Assembly (NCBI RefSeq): GCF_032444005.1
Contig: NC_091291.1
Location: 112,468,001 to 112,532,000, forward strand
Origin: Ranitomeya imitator
Taxonomy: Eukaryota
Direction of reading: 5' to 3'
DNA length: 64,000 nucleotides
The notes under the pieces were generated by a model, which had not been told where the DNA came from, did not search any database, and saw only the letters and a list, made by a program, of their open reading frames with translations. A program made the translations under genes and the position numbers. How positions within the stretch are numbered: the stretch's first letter is position 1; every line of letters begins with the position of its first letter. Below are positions 10,728-22,013 of this stretch, one piece after another.

Positions 10728-11546
10728 GTTATGATCTGGTGATTCAGAACCACAATGGGCCTAGTGGTTAAGAGCACACAAAGTGACCTGACAGTTACCA
10801 ATAACAAGGACGAGCTCTGAGACGTGGGAACTCTGCTGACCGTAATCCCTAATCCTATCATACCACACTAGAGGTAGCCGTGGAGCGCTCCTATCCAAGG
10901 CCTAGGCGCCTCGAGCACAGCCTGAGAAACTAGCTAGCCCTAAGAGAGGAAAATAAGCCTACCTTGCCTCAGAGAAATTCCCCAAAGGAAAAGGCAGCCC
11001 CCCACATATAATGACTGTGAGTTGAGATGAAAATACAAACACAGAGATGAAATAGATTTTAGCAAAGTGAGGCCCGACTGACTGAACAGACCGAAGATAG
11101 GAAAGATAGCTTTGCGGTCAACACAAAACCCTACAAACAACCACGCAGAGGGCGCAAAAAGACCCTCCGCACCGACTAACGATACGGAGGTGCTCCCTCT
11201 GCGTCCCAGAGCTTCCAGCAAGCAAGAAAAACCAATATCGCAAGCTGGACAGAAAATATAGCAAACAAAAGTAACACCAGCAAAACTTAGCTTATGCAGG
11301 TTAGACAGGCCACAGGAACGATCCAGGAGAGAGCAAGACCAACACTGGAACATTGACTGGAGGCAATGAGCAAAGCACTAGGTAGACTTAAATAGAGCAG
11401 CACCTAACGACTTCACCTCATCACCTGAGGAAGGAAACTTAGAAGCCGCAGTACCACTCACATCCACCAACGGAAGCTCATAGACAGAACCAGCCGAAGT
11501 ACCACTCGTGACCACAGGAGGGAGCTTGACCACGGAATTCACAACA
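10728..11546 (-). mobile_element. Solitary LTR of a related Gypsy subfamily, inverted, fused to the 3' LTR
   Basis: Reverse complement begins TGTTGTGAATTCCGTGG and ends ..CATAAC; shares blocks with the 5044 LTR (gagctcgtcct, gtcaatgttccagtgttgg, ggggctgcct.ttcctttggg). Confidence 0.88.
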
Positions 11547-11769
11547 CACCTGGCCCCTAAGTAGGGGCCAGGTAACTGCAGCATCCTCCACACACCTTGG
11601 AAACGCCAGTCAAAAAGGTGACAGCAGTGGGCGGGATGGGGGTGACACCATGATACTCTGACTCCTCACCTTCCCTTTAAAGCGGTTGTCCAGGACTTTA
11701 ACGGCGCTAAGAAATAATTATGCGGCGCCCCCAGCATCAGCAAATCTCCAGGGAACATGATTCGGGTCG

Positions 11770-12017
11770 GATTTTACTGATTTAAGGGCACAAAAATTCT
11801 AAGTTTGAAAACTGTAAAATTTAAATTTTTGCTAAATTTCTGGTTTGTTTCAGAAATAAACGCAAGTCATATCGAATAAATTTTACCACTATCATAAAGT
11901 ATGATATGTCACAAAAAAACAAACAGTCAGTATCAGCGGGATCCATTGAGGCTCCAGAGCTGTAACCACAAAGGGACAGTGGTCAGAAATGTAAAAATTG
12001 CCTTGGTCAATAAGGGG
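11770..12017. mobile_element. 3' fragment of a piggyBac-like (TTAA) non-autonomous element
   Basis: Ends ttggtcaataagggg followed by TTAA. Confidence 0.55.
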
Positions 12018-12755
12018 TTAACATTGATAGCCCGTCTTTTCCACTGGTTACACCCGCCATCTTGGCTGTTAGCTCCTCCCTGGTGTCAGCTGGAGCTGCT
12101 CAGTCACCGACACCCAGAGCACAGCGGCGTCACCGGAGTCCAAGGTCGGGTACAGCACTTCTGTCGGCGGAGCTGTGCAGCGCAGGGACTGACAAGTTCC
12201 ATCCAACAACTTAAAAGGTGGAGGTGCTGGTGTCGCACCCCCACAGATCACACACAGATGACATACTCCAATGAGAGACCATCAATGTCACGGTCATGGA
12301 CAACCCCTTTAAAAAGAGAACAGTTCAAGGGATGAAAGCTCATGCCCACCATGGTAGCGCCTCCAACACTGCTGCAGCAGATCAGCACCACATCGTCGGC
12401 CGTAGTGATGACATCTGTACACAAGAGACCCGTGAGGACGAGGACCACGAGCCGCTCGTGTTTATATCGTGGCAGTTGTGAAAATGCAAGAACGGGGATG
12501 TTTCAATTCACTGCTTGCAAGCAGCTACAAAGAGCCGTTACTTACGCTCCGCCAGCTGGGCCCACCTTTATGACACAGTTCTAAAAAGTGGGAAAGGCTA
12601 AGTGGGAGGGGCGGAGTCTGCTAGTGGTTTAATTAATATAAGCCATAAACTTGATGTAAATTATCTATTGCTGAGGTCACGGCCCATTACCGAGAAACCA
12701 ACGACTCAGTATCGCAAAAACATAGAAAATATAAAATTTTATTATACAAAAATGA

Positions 12756-12887
12756 CTAAATACAGATATAAAAGAGAAAACCATGGAGCACATAGTGGTG
12801 CTTGCGTCTCCAACGGAGCAGATGCGACGTGGAGTCTCCCAACTTCCGAAAGTAGTAGTCGAGTTTGTCACTGAGCTTCTCCCGCAG
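12756..12887 (-). pseudogene. nup160: nup160 last exon remnant
   Basis: tttcctttacag|LREKLSDKLDYYFRKLGDSTSHLLRWRR.. vs recalled human LSQKILDKLEDYQQKVDKATRDLLYRRTL; TAG at 12756-12758, AATAAA at 12738-12743. Confidence 0.75.
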
Positions 12888-13457
12888 CTGTAAAGGAAAT
12901 GGAGGAAGACATTAATGGTGCAGACATGGTCTGAGCCCGGCTGCCATGGCTCTAATCCCTCACAGTTTCTGAGTGTGGCATTACGTCATCATGAATGACA
13001 TCACCATTAGTCACGACGGCCATGTGATGTGAATTCTCACCATAAACGGTCAGGGAGTCCAGGCGCATGCGGAGGACAAGCTTTGGCTTTGCCGGTTCTC
13101 ATCCTTAGGCTTCAGACCCATTTGCGATTAAAAAAAAAAGGTCTGATTTCCGGACAGAAAAAAGAAAGAAACATATGCGAGGTCAATGCGATTTTTTTAT
13201 CGCAACATCCGTATGCAATGCGATTTGAACATGAGCTTTTACATACAGCAGTTCTCTGTCATTTACACATCATTTTAATACTAAATATTTATCAAAACAC
13301 ATGTATGTATGTATATATATAATATATATATATATATAATAGATAGATAGAATAGCCGGCAATTCCTGTGCGCCTACAGTAAAATCACACTGACAGGTTA
13401 CAATACAATAGATAGAATAGAAATATACACATAGTATAGGTGTGTGTGTATATATAT

Positions 13458-13895
13458 TAGTGCCCTGCGATAGTATTCGGCCCCCTGGAACGTTTCAACC
13501 TTTTCCCACATTTCGTGCTTCAAATATAAAGATACCAAATGTAAATTTTTTGTGAAGAATCAACAACAAGTTGAACACAATTGTGAAGTTGAACGAAATT
13601 TATTGGTTATTAAAAAATTTTCTGGAAATTCAATAACTGAAAAGTGGGGCGTGAAATATTATTCGGCCCCTTTACTTTCAGTGCAGCAAACTCACTCCAG
13701 AAGGTCATTGTGGATCTCTGAATGATCCAATGTTGTCCTAAATGCCTAATGATGATACATATAATCCACCTGTGTGTAATCAAGTCTCCGTATAAAGGCA
13801 CCTGCTCTGTGATAGTCTCAGGGTTCTGTTTGAAGCACAGAAAGCATCATGAAGACCAAGGAACACAACAGGCAGGTCCGTGATACTGTTGTGTG
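13458..13895 (+). mobile_element. Tc1-like transposon 5' fragment
   Basis: After a TA run: tagtgccctgcgatagtattcggccccc; ends in transposase start MKTKEHNRQVRDTVV. Confidence 0.8.
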
Positions 13896-13909
13896 TATTA
13901 ATCCTTTAA

Positions 13910-14266
13910 GGCTGCTTTCACACTAGCATCGTACAACGCACGTTGCAATGCGTCGTTTTGGAGAAAAAACGCATCCTGCAAAGTTGCCCGCAGGATGCGT
14001 TTTTTTCTCCAAAGGCTTGCATTAGCGACACATTGCCACACGTCGCATCCGTCATGCGACGGATCCGTCGGCACAAAAAACGTTACATGTAAAAAAAAAT
14101 TGTGCGTCGTGTGCACCATTTCCGACCGCGCATGCACGGCCGGAACTCTGCCCCCTCCTCCCCGAACATTACATTGGGGCAGCGGATGCGTTGAAAAACT
14201 GCATCCGCTGCCCTAGTGCTTCTATTTCACAGTATGCGTCGGTATGACGCTAGTGTGAAAGTAGCC
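13910..14266. mobile_element. PIF/Harbinger-type MITE
   Basis: TIR ggctgctttcacactagc / gctagtgtgaaagtagcc, TAA on both sides. Confidence 0.85.
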
Positions 14267-14946
14267 TAATTTAACACCTACAGCTCCAAAATTTTACACA
14301 CACACACACTACTAACATTATTAGTGAGGGGCATATAAAAATCTAACGGATATGCAATGGTTCACTGTATGTAAATCACGTCTCATATCCTGTCAGCTTC
14401 TGTAATGATTATGCAGAAGCCGGCAATTGAATTACCAGCTTTTCTGCTATCTATGAAATAGTAAGATATATATATATATATATACACACACACATACATA
14501 TTCTATGTATATAGATATCTATTCTATTCTAACCTGTCAGTGTGATTTTCCTGTACACCGCACATGAATTACCAGCTTTTCAAAGGACACCGGTGCGTAA
14601 AATAATCGGAGAGCACTCGCATGGTGCGTTTTTTTTAATCAGTCCTATTTAGGATGAGAAAAATCTCGCTAATGAGATGTCCCCTATTGAATAACATTGG
14701 TCCGAGTGCAATCTGATTTTTTATTGGATTGCACTCGTCTGTGTCTCGCACAAATGGGTATGAGGCCTTACATGTCAATCATCCCAGCTGCACCAGGCAG
14801 CACAGACTTAGAATGGGGTCTCCTGTGGCATCCGGTAAGTATGGCGGCAGAATGTGCAGTGACTCATGGAGGACAAGTCCTATAATTGGAGCATATACCA
14901 AGTCCTCCGAACACCACACACGTGTGACGGTGACTGCGGCTCTTAC

Positions 14947-15048
14947 CTCGCGGTTTAGCCGACTGTTATTTTCTTCCAGCGCTTGCAGAAGGTGATCGAT
15001 GGAGGAATACAGCAGCCAAACCAAAGGAGACACGGCGGACAGAGGCCA
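14947..15048 (-). pseudogene. nup160: nup160 penultimate exon remnant
   Basis: ctcaccag|WPLSAVSPLVWLLYSSIDHLLQALEENNSRLNRE|gtaaga vs recalled FPLSATAPMVWLPYSSIDQLLQALGENS; 102 nt, phase 0/0. Confidence 0.9.
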
Positions 15049-15623
15049 CTGGTGAGAAGTATACTGGATCGCAAAGAATAAAAATTTATAACAGAAGTTT
15101 CTAGATGGAGAAGTTTATCAATCTGGATCATGCAAAATAAATTGCTCTGGTTATGTGGGGTAAATAAAAGGGACTTTCTTCTCTCACTCACTGATGGGAA
15201 CATGTCAAGTGTTCAGAGTTTCAGACACATCGGCCGGAGCCCATCCACTTACAGACATGGCATTGCACGACCAGCTCAGCCATTTCCACAGCTCCGACCA
15301 GCGCATAGATAGAGTTCGTTCACGGCTTGGACCCCGATATAAGTTTAAGGGTTGAAGCTACGGATATGGGTGTGCTGCGCCGGTTCTGTGACTCTTAATG
15401 AAGAGTTTGGTAAATTGCGTATTATAGCGTACTGCAATAAATGGCGCTGTAATAATAAATGGCGCTATAATAAATGGCATACACTTGTGCTGACTGACAG
15501 ATTTTACCGTGAACGCCTGAGACGAGAATCCACCCCAGGACAGGAAAACCCCTGTAACTATACATTTCTTTCCCACTGCCCCCGACGCCGGCTGCACAAT
15601 CCAGGAGTATTCGGGCCGTATAA

Positions 15624-15943
15624 GGCTACTTTCACACTAACGTCGGACTAGATTCCGACGCTAGCGTTGTTAGCGCCGCACAATGGGTGCAGCGGATGCA
15701 TTTCTCCGGCACATCCGCTGCCCCATTGTGAGGTTACATTTAACGTTTTTGCTACCGGCGGTCCGCCACAACACCGCGCAACCGTCGCAAGACGGTTGCG
15801 ACGTGTGTCAATACATCGCAATGCGTCGCTAATGTTACTCTATGGGGTAAAAACGCATTCTGCAAACAACTTTGCAGGATGCGTTTTTTCCCCTAAACGA
15901 CGCATTGCGACGTATTCCAAAAAACGCCAGCGTGAAAGTAGCC
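15624..15943. mobile_element. PIF/Harbinger-type MITE inserted in a nup160 pseudo-exon
   Basis: TIR ggctactttcac / gtgaaagtagcc; absent from the inverted duplicate near 3945, which shows the empty site. Confidence 0.9.
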
Positions 15944-16678
15944 TTAGCTGCAGACAGGTCAGACACGCCAGGTACGCATTCACTTGCTTCTGAAGACCTT
16001 TAAGGGTTCGGACCTCTCTGCTGAGATGCATCCTGTACACAAACATCATGGTGCCGGCTGAGGAAGGAGACAAGGACATTCAACAGAGACGGAAATCAAA
16101 AGAGGAATGGAGAGATCACTAGAGGGGACAATCTCAAATACGACGGATAACTACCTGACCCCCCAGTGTGCCCCCCCCCCCTCTGTGTGCAAAGACAAAT
16201 GGAGGGCTTCACATAACATCCAGGAGGAATGTACAGTACTAAAATTAGCGGCTCCAGAATTTGTAATACAATCTCTTACTAGAGATAAGATCAGAAGAGT
16301 AAAACCCCCGATACCTTTCGGATAGTTGTGCCGATGAATATGGAAAGCATATTATGGGTCAGGAGATCCGCGGCTCGAGCCCGAGCTTCAATGATGCTCA
16401 CAACCTGAGGGAGACACAGCAGTGATATACAGCTGGCTCGGTAAGAAGACGATGGCTCCGGCCGGGCGACGCTCACCTCACTGTAAATTCACGTAAGGGA
16501 ATTCCACAAGTTCATGGAGCTGTGAACGTTCACACAGGATGATGACCAGCTGCCGAAGGCAATCCAGCTGTCTGCAAAAAGGGGGGACGGGGGATGAGGA
16601 ACCAACCAGCCCCTAATATTCCAGCACTCCTGACCGCAGCGTGTAACTGGGCACCTACTCTGGCTAAGTGATGGTTAA

Positions 16679-17799
16679 AGGGAACCTGTCACGTCGTTTT
16701 GGCCCTGTAAGGCTTCTTTCACACTTCCGTCTTCCAAATCTGCACAGGATCCGTCAAGAAGTTGAAATGACGGATCTTGTGCAGATTGTGGAAAACGTGT
16801 GCACTGGGCCCGTTTTCCTGACAGACCCGTCGAAGCTATGTGTACATGCTGTGTATGCGTCTTCGCAGCAGTTTTCCGCTGCGAAAACGCATACACAACA
16901 CAACCCAGGTGAAAAAAAAAGAAAATAATGAAAAAAAAAGATCGCAATATTCTTACCTTCCAGCGTTTCGTGCAACGTTACCAATGCTCCCGGCAGCTAG
17001 CGTTGCCAGTAATGCATTGCGGCAATAACCCAGAAGACCTAGCAGTAATGCTGTAGATAAGCCTCCGATCAAACCTGAAATAGAAGAAAAACAAGATTAT
17101 ACTCACCCGGGAGCGGGGGGCTGTCCCGTTCGATGGGCATCGCGGTCCAGAGCCTCCCATCTTCATACGATGACGTCCTCTTCCTTACTTCGTGTCGCGT
17201 CTCCTGCGCAGGCATACTTATCTGCCCTGTTGAGGGCACAGCAAAGTACTGCAGGCGCAGGGCCTCTCTGACTTTTCCAGGCACCTGCGCACTGCTGTAA
17301 TTTACTGTGCACTGCACTATGGATCCGCTGGGAATAAAGGCAACAGATTACTACAGGCAGAATACGGATCCCCTGGGAATAAACGCAACAGATTACTACA
17401 AGCAGAATATGGATCCGCTGGGAATAAAGGTAACAGATTACTACAGGCAGAATACGGATCCGCTGGGAATAAACGCAACAGATTACTCTCTGACTTTTCC
17501 AGGCACCTGCGCACTGCTGTAATATACTGTGCCCTCAACAGGGCAGATAAGTACGCCTGCGCAGGAGCCGCGACACAAAGCAAGGAGGAGGACGTCATCG
17601 CATGAAGATGGGAGGCGCCGGACCTGGACCTGAGACACCCATCGGAACCGACCGCCCCAGGGTGAGTATAATAAAACTTGTTTTTCTTCTATTTCAGGTT
17701 GGACAGGGGGCTTATCTGCAGCATTATAGAATACTGTATATAAGCCCTGAAAGGCGGTGGCCGCAGCTTACAGGGGCAAACCGACGTGACAGGTTCACT
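16679..17799. mobile_element. T2/Kolobok-type palindromic MITE with nested fragments and a minisatellite insert
   Basis: TTAA-agggaacctgtcacgtcg ... cgacgtgacaggttcact-TTAA; long internal inverted arms. Confidence 0.8.
17311..17485 (+). repeat. ~4 units of the 45-bp minisatellite
   Basis: Same unit as 19457-19857; flanked by a 47-bp direct duplication. Confidence 0.9.
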
Positions 17800-18024
17800 T
17801 TAACAAGTGGGGTCACTGTGAGATTTCTGCCCATTGCTATTTCCTGCAGTGCCTTTAATACATTCCCAACCATTGAGGTGCATGTAAATTACAGGCCAGG
17901 AGCCGGTGTACGGAGCAGCTCATGATCAGGGCCTGTCACTAAAAAGATATGCTTCCATCCTCCATTTGGCCATGTATGGAGCATATGCCGGGGTCTAAGG
18001 CTCAGGCACAACGTACACACCTCC

Positions 18025-19158
18025 GCCCCACACCAAGAGCTGTCGGCCTTGCACCCCACACCACGAGCTGTCAGCAAGGCACCCCACACCACGAGCTGTC
18101 AGCCCTGCACCCCACACCACGAGCTGTCAGCCCTGCACCCCACGCCACGAGCTGTCAGCCCTGCACCCCACGCCACGAGCTGTCAGCCCTGCACCCCACG
18201 CCACGAGCTGTCAGCAAGGCACCCCACACCACGAGCTGTCAGCCCTGCACCCCACACCACGAGCTGTCAGCCCTGCACCCCACACCACGAGCTGTCAGCC
18301 CTGCACCCCACACCACGAGCTGTCAGCCCTGCACCCCACACCACGAGCTGTCAGCCCTGCACCCCACACCACGAGCTGTCGGCCCTGCACCCCACACCAC
18401 GAGCTGTCAGCAAGGCACCCCACACCACGAGCTGTCAGCCCTGCACCCCACACCACGAGCTGTCAGCCCTGCACCCCACACCACGAGCTGTCGGCCCTGC
18501 ACCCCACACCACGAGCTGTCGGCCCTGCACCCCACACCACGAGCTGTCAGCAAGGCACCCCACACCACGAGCTGTCAGCCCTGCACCCCACACCACGAGC
18601 TGTCAGCCCTGCACCCCACACCACGAGCTGTCGGCCCTGCACCCCACACCACGAGCTGTCGGCCCTGCACCCCACACCACGAGCTGTCAGCAAGGCACCC
18701 CACACCACGAGCTGTCAGCAAGGCACCCCACACCACGAGCTGTCAGCCCTGCACCCCACACCACGAGCTGTCAGCCCTGCACCCCACACCACGAGCTGTC
18801 GGCCCTGCACCTCACACCACGAGCTGTCAGCCCTGCACCCCACACCACGAGCTGTCGGCCCTGCACCCCACACCACGAGCTGTCAGCCCTGCACCCCACA
18901 CCACGAGCTGTCAGCCCTGCACCCCACACCACGAGCTGTCAGCCCTGCACCCCACACCACGAGCTGTCAGCCCTGCACCCCACACCACGAGCTGTCAGCC
19001 CTGCACCCCACACCACGAGCTGTCAGCCCTGCACCCCACACCACGAGCTGTCAGCCCTGCACCCCACACCACGAGCTGTCAGCCCTGCACCCCACACCAC
19101 GAGCTGTCAGCCCTGCACCCCACACCACGAGCTGTCAGCCCTGCACCCCACACCACGA
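18025..19158. repeat. 28-bp minisatellite, ~40 copies (GCACCCCACACCACGAGCTGTCAGCCCT), in a nup160 intron
   Basis: 28-bp period read directly; explains the 28-aa periodic ORFs. Confidence 0.95.
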
Positions 19159-19179
19159 GTAATCAGACCTCCATCTCAT

Positions 19180-19454
19180 CTGCTGTGATCGGGAATATGC
19201 GCAACAGTGTTGTACGACTGGCGGTTGTATCCGAAATCCAGGTGATGCTTGGAGATACAAGTCCTCAAAGTTGCCTACAATCAGGAGACATATGGTCACT
19301 CACCAAAAAATATCATAGATACATAGAGAAGGAGATGAGAGCTTGTACATGGCATTACCTGACTGTTCAGGTCATCCACAGTCTCCGAAATAGCCAATGT
19401 TGCTAATTAAATCAGCAGCTCTGGCAAATCCACACGTTCCAGGAGATGCGGCAC
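19180..19454 (-). pseudogene. nup160: Two nup160 exon remnants (19454-19359, 19274-19180)
   Basis: VPHLLERVDLPELLI*LATLAISETVDDLNSQ and ATLRTCISKHHLDFGYNRQSYNTVAHIPDHSR vs recalled VLRLLDVIGLPELVIQLATSAITEAGDDWKSQ/ATLRTCIFKHHLDLGHNSQAYEALTQIPDSSR. Confidence 0.92.
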
Positions 19455-19456
19455 CT

Positions 19457-19857
19457 GAGAATACAGGCAACAGCTCACTACAGGCAGAATACGGATCCGC
19501 TGGGAATACAGGCAACAGCTCACTACAGGCAGAATACGGATCTGCTGGGAATACAGGCAACAGATTACTACAGGCAGAATACGGATCCGCTGGGAATAAA
19601 GGCAACAGGTTACTACAGGCAGAATACGGATCCGCTGGGAATAAAGGCAACAGATTATTACAGGCAGAATACGGATCCGCTGGGAATAAACGCAACAGAT
19701 TATTACAGGCACAATGCGGATCCGCTGGGAATAAACGCAACAGGTTACTACAGGCAGAATGCGGATCCGCTGGGAATAAACGCAACAGGTTACTACAGGC
19801 AGAATACGGATCCGCTGGGAATAAACGCAACAGGTTACTACAGGCAGAATACGGATC
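19457..19857 (+). repeat. 45-bp minisatellite, part 1 of an interrupted array
   Basis: ~9 units; resumes at 25715 after the LTR element. Confidence 0.95.
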
Positions 19858-20393
19858 TGTTAAATATTAATTATTCTTATTTTTATTCTGTACTGAGCAC
19901 ATTGCTTATTGCTGACACGATCAAAAGCTATTTCTGTGTATGTAGCTCAGAGTATAAGTTAACTCCATATACAGAAGACACGTGATCAGTGTTGAACATA
20001 TATAAACGTCTCTTAGGAGGGTGTGGGGGCTTTTTGTCACGTGGGACGGTCACCTCCCTTCCTTCACCATCATTCTCTATGGACATGGGACAAGACACGA
20101 GAAACAACAGCTGTTAGCTACTCCATGCCATGATGACTTCAGACTTCACACAGACAGATGACTTTTACCATTCAGGACCTTGGGAAAGATGAGTAACAAG
20201 ACAAGCGCTGATATTTACACATGGACACTCTGTTCGTAACTATTTCATCTACTTTTATGTTCTTTCTGCAATGGTGGATAATTCAATAAACCACTATTCT
20301 TTTATCAGAATATCATGACATTTTTCTTTTAAGAACAACGCACCTTGTTAAGTCTTGATTAGATATTTTTGCGCAATAACGATTTTTAACATT

Positions 20394-20410
20394 TGGCCAA
20401 GCCAGCCAGG
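20394..20410 (+). promoter_or_regulatory. Degenerate primer-binding site, tRNA-Arg(ACG)-like
   Basis: TGGCCAAGCCAGCCAGG vs TGGCGAGCCAGCCAGGAG, the complement of the recalled tRNA-Arg(ACG) 3' end; starts 2 nt after the LTR. Confidence 0.7.
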
Positions 20411-20669
20411 TTTGATTTTTTGTGCTATTTTTGCGTGAATTTCCTTCTTCTTGCACACGGGGGAAGACAGAACAGTTCCGCTAGATTGTGCAAGTATTCA
20501 GGAATTCCACTTCAAGTCACAAAGATCTCACAAGAACCTACGAATTACAGAGACTCTAACAGGTGTCAGACGGATTAACAAGCAGTAGCTGAAGACAGCC
20601 GTGCTGAAGTCCGGAGCCCAGCGTTGTAAAATTAAAGGGACTACAAGCTGAGATTTCAAGGTAAGACAA

Positions 20670-22013
20670 ATGGATTTGATTAATTCATATGCTAAATCAA
20701 GTCAGATAGAATTTGTAAGTTTATACAGATCTAGCTTAGAAATATTTTGGCATTGTTTATTTGCAGAATGCAGAATAGCAAATTTGAAATTGGATTCTAA
20801 GCTAATGTCTAGGAAAAAAGAAAAAGAGCAACTTAAAAATATTTTACATATGGTTTATGTATTTAACGAGTTTGTTACAGAGAAGTCCAAAAAAGACAGT
20901 GTAGAAAGAATTTCTAAGGAAATGGAAATTAATGATGTTCCCAAGATTGACTGTAATGGGAAGAGTGAGGAAGATGTTACACACGTATCTGTGATGACGA
21001 TGACCACCCAAAGTGACATTGACTTTGTGACACAAGATGAAAAACAAGATGGAGGAAGCGTAGGAGAAACTGACAAAGATGATCTACGAGGGACAGATGT
21101 ACCATTGCCCTTAAAAATAGACGACTCAGAGGCCCAACTCCAACCTAAATCTAGGAAAATCTTGCTAAAATTATGCAAAATTATTCCTGCATATGATGAC
21201 AAAATCCATGTGTGCAGAAATTCAGAGATATTTGAAAGTTTTGCTGATAAGTTTGATTTGACTAATCAGGAGAAAAATAATTTGTTTAAAATTTGGATTC
21301 CGGGAAATTTTATGAGAAGATTTTCATTTAAAATGCAGAAGGAGGAGTATGAAAATATGACTGATGTAGAAAGATTAAGAATTTTGATTTTCTGTGGATT
21401 AAAAGAAAATTATCCAGATCTTGATATTCTTCTAAAATTGAAGATTGGCCAGAAAGAGTGTACTTTTACATTCATGTCCATTTTTGAAAGGACTTATAAA
21501 TTGGTCTGTACGAATTTGAATCAACAATCCATGATAAATTGTTTTGTAAACAAATTTAAATTCTTAAATCCTGTATCTCGTATAATTGCTTCACAAAAAG
21601 ATTCTTTATACGAATGTGCCAAATCCCTAGATTTTTCTAGAAAACATGAGAATCTTGAAAGGAAAACAAATTTTACTAAGTTTTTGAAACCAGGCAGAAT
21701 TCAATCTTATCAAAAGCCAAAATCAAAATCTTCAAATCTGATCCAAAATCAAATCTATGAAGTACGAAGAAAATTACATATTTGCTACAAACCCTATGAA
21801 ACGATTCAGGAATCTATTAAAGAAATTCCTTTGAAAGGGTTAAAATCTGAAGGCTCAGATCTGTCGGAAATTGACAGATGGAAGCAGGTGTGCAACAGCA
21901 TAGGGAGCGAGCTGAACACTCCGTTTTCACAGCTCATAAGACTAAAGATGGCAGTTTTAGGTTTTCAACAAATTATCAACAGAGAGGTAAATTTTGGGAT
22001 AGGGATTAGCTAA
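20670..22013 (+). CDS. 447-aa ORF in gag position, no recognisable CCHC knuckle
   Basis: Uninterrupted ATG-to-TAA ORF just downstream of the PBS; acidic linker, probably helical central region, basic C-terminal part; gag assignment is positional only. Confidence 0.65.
   Translation: MDLINSYAKSSQIEFVSLYRSSLEIFWHCLFAECRIANLKLDSKLMSRKKEKEQLKNILHMVYVFNEFVTEKSKKDSVERISKEMEINDVPKIDCNGKSEEDVTHVSVMTMTTQSDIDFVTQDEKQDGGSVGETDKDDLRGTDVPLPLKIDDSEAQLQPKSRKILLKLCKIIPAYDDKIHVCRNSEIFESFADKFDLTNQEKNNLFKIWIPGNFMRRFSFKMQKEEYENMTDVERLRILIFCGLKENYPDLDILLKLKIGQKECTFTFMSIFERTYKLVCTNLNQQSMINCFVNKFKFLNPVSRIIASQKDSLYECAKSLDFSRKHENLERKTNFTKFLKPGRIQSYQKPKSKSSNLIQNQIYEVRRKLHICYKPYETIQESIKEIPLKGLKSEGSDLSEIDRWKQVCNSIGSELNTPFSQLIRLKMAVLGFQQIINREVNFGIGIS

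Larger units (their letters stand above)
12756..19454 (-). pseudogene. nup160: Unprocessed nup160 pseudogene fragment: 7 exons of the 3' third of the gene, several internal exons missing
   Basis: Exons in transcription order: 19454-19359, 19274-19180, 16571-16477, 16404-16315, 16057-15574 (MITE inside), 15048-14947, 12887-12756. All are collinear with recalled NUP160 and have consistent splice phases. Lesions: in-frame TAA, donor GT>AT, 2-nt deletion, ~16-nt deletion, GG at an expected donor. Confidence 0.92.

Noticed and set aside
12020-12700. Unique GC-normal sequence with short ORFs 3' of the nup160 last exon
   Set aside because: No recognisable protein or consistent exon structure
17949-19406. 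485-aa and 379-aa Pro/His/Thr-rich ORFs
   Set aside because: Translation of a stop-free 28-bp tandem repeat; the period is not a multiple of 3 and the 3' end overlaps nup160 exons on the other strand
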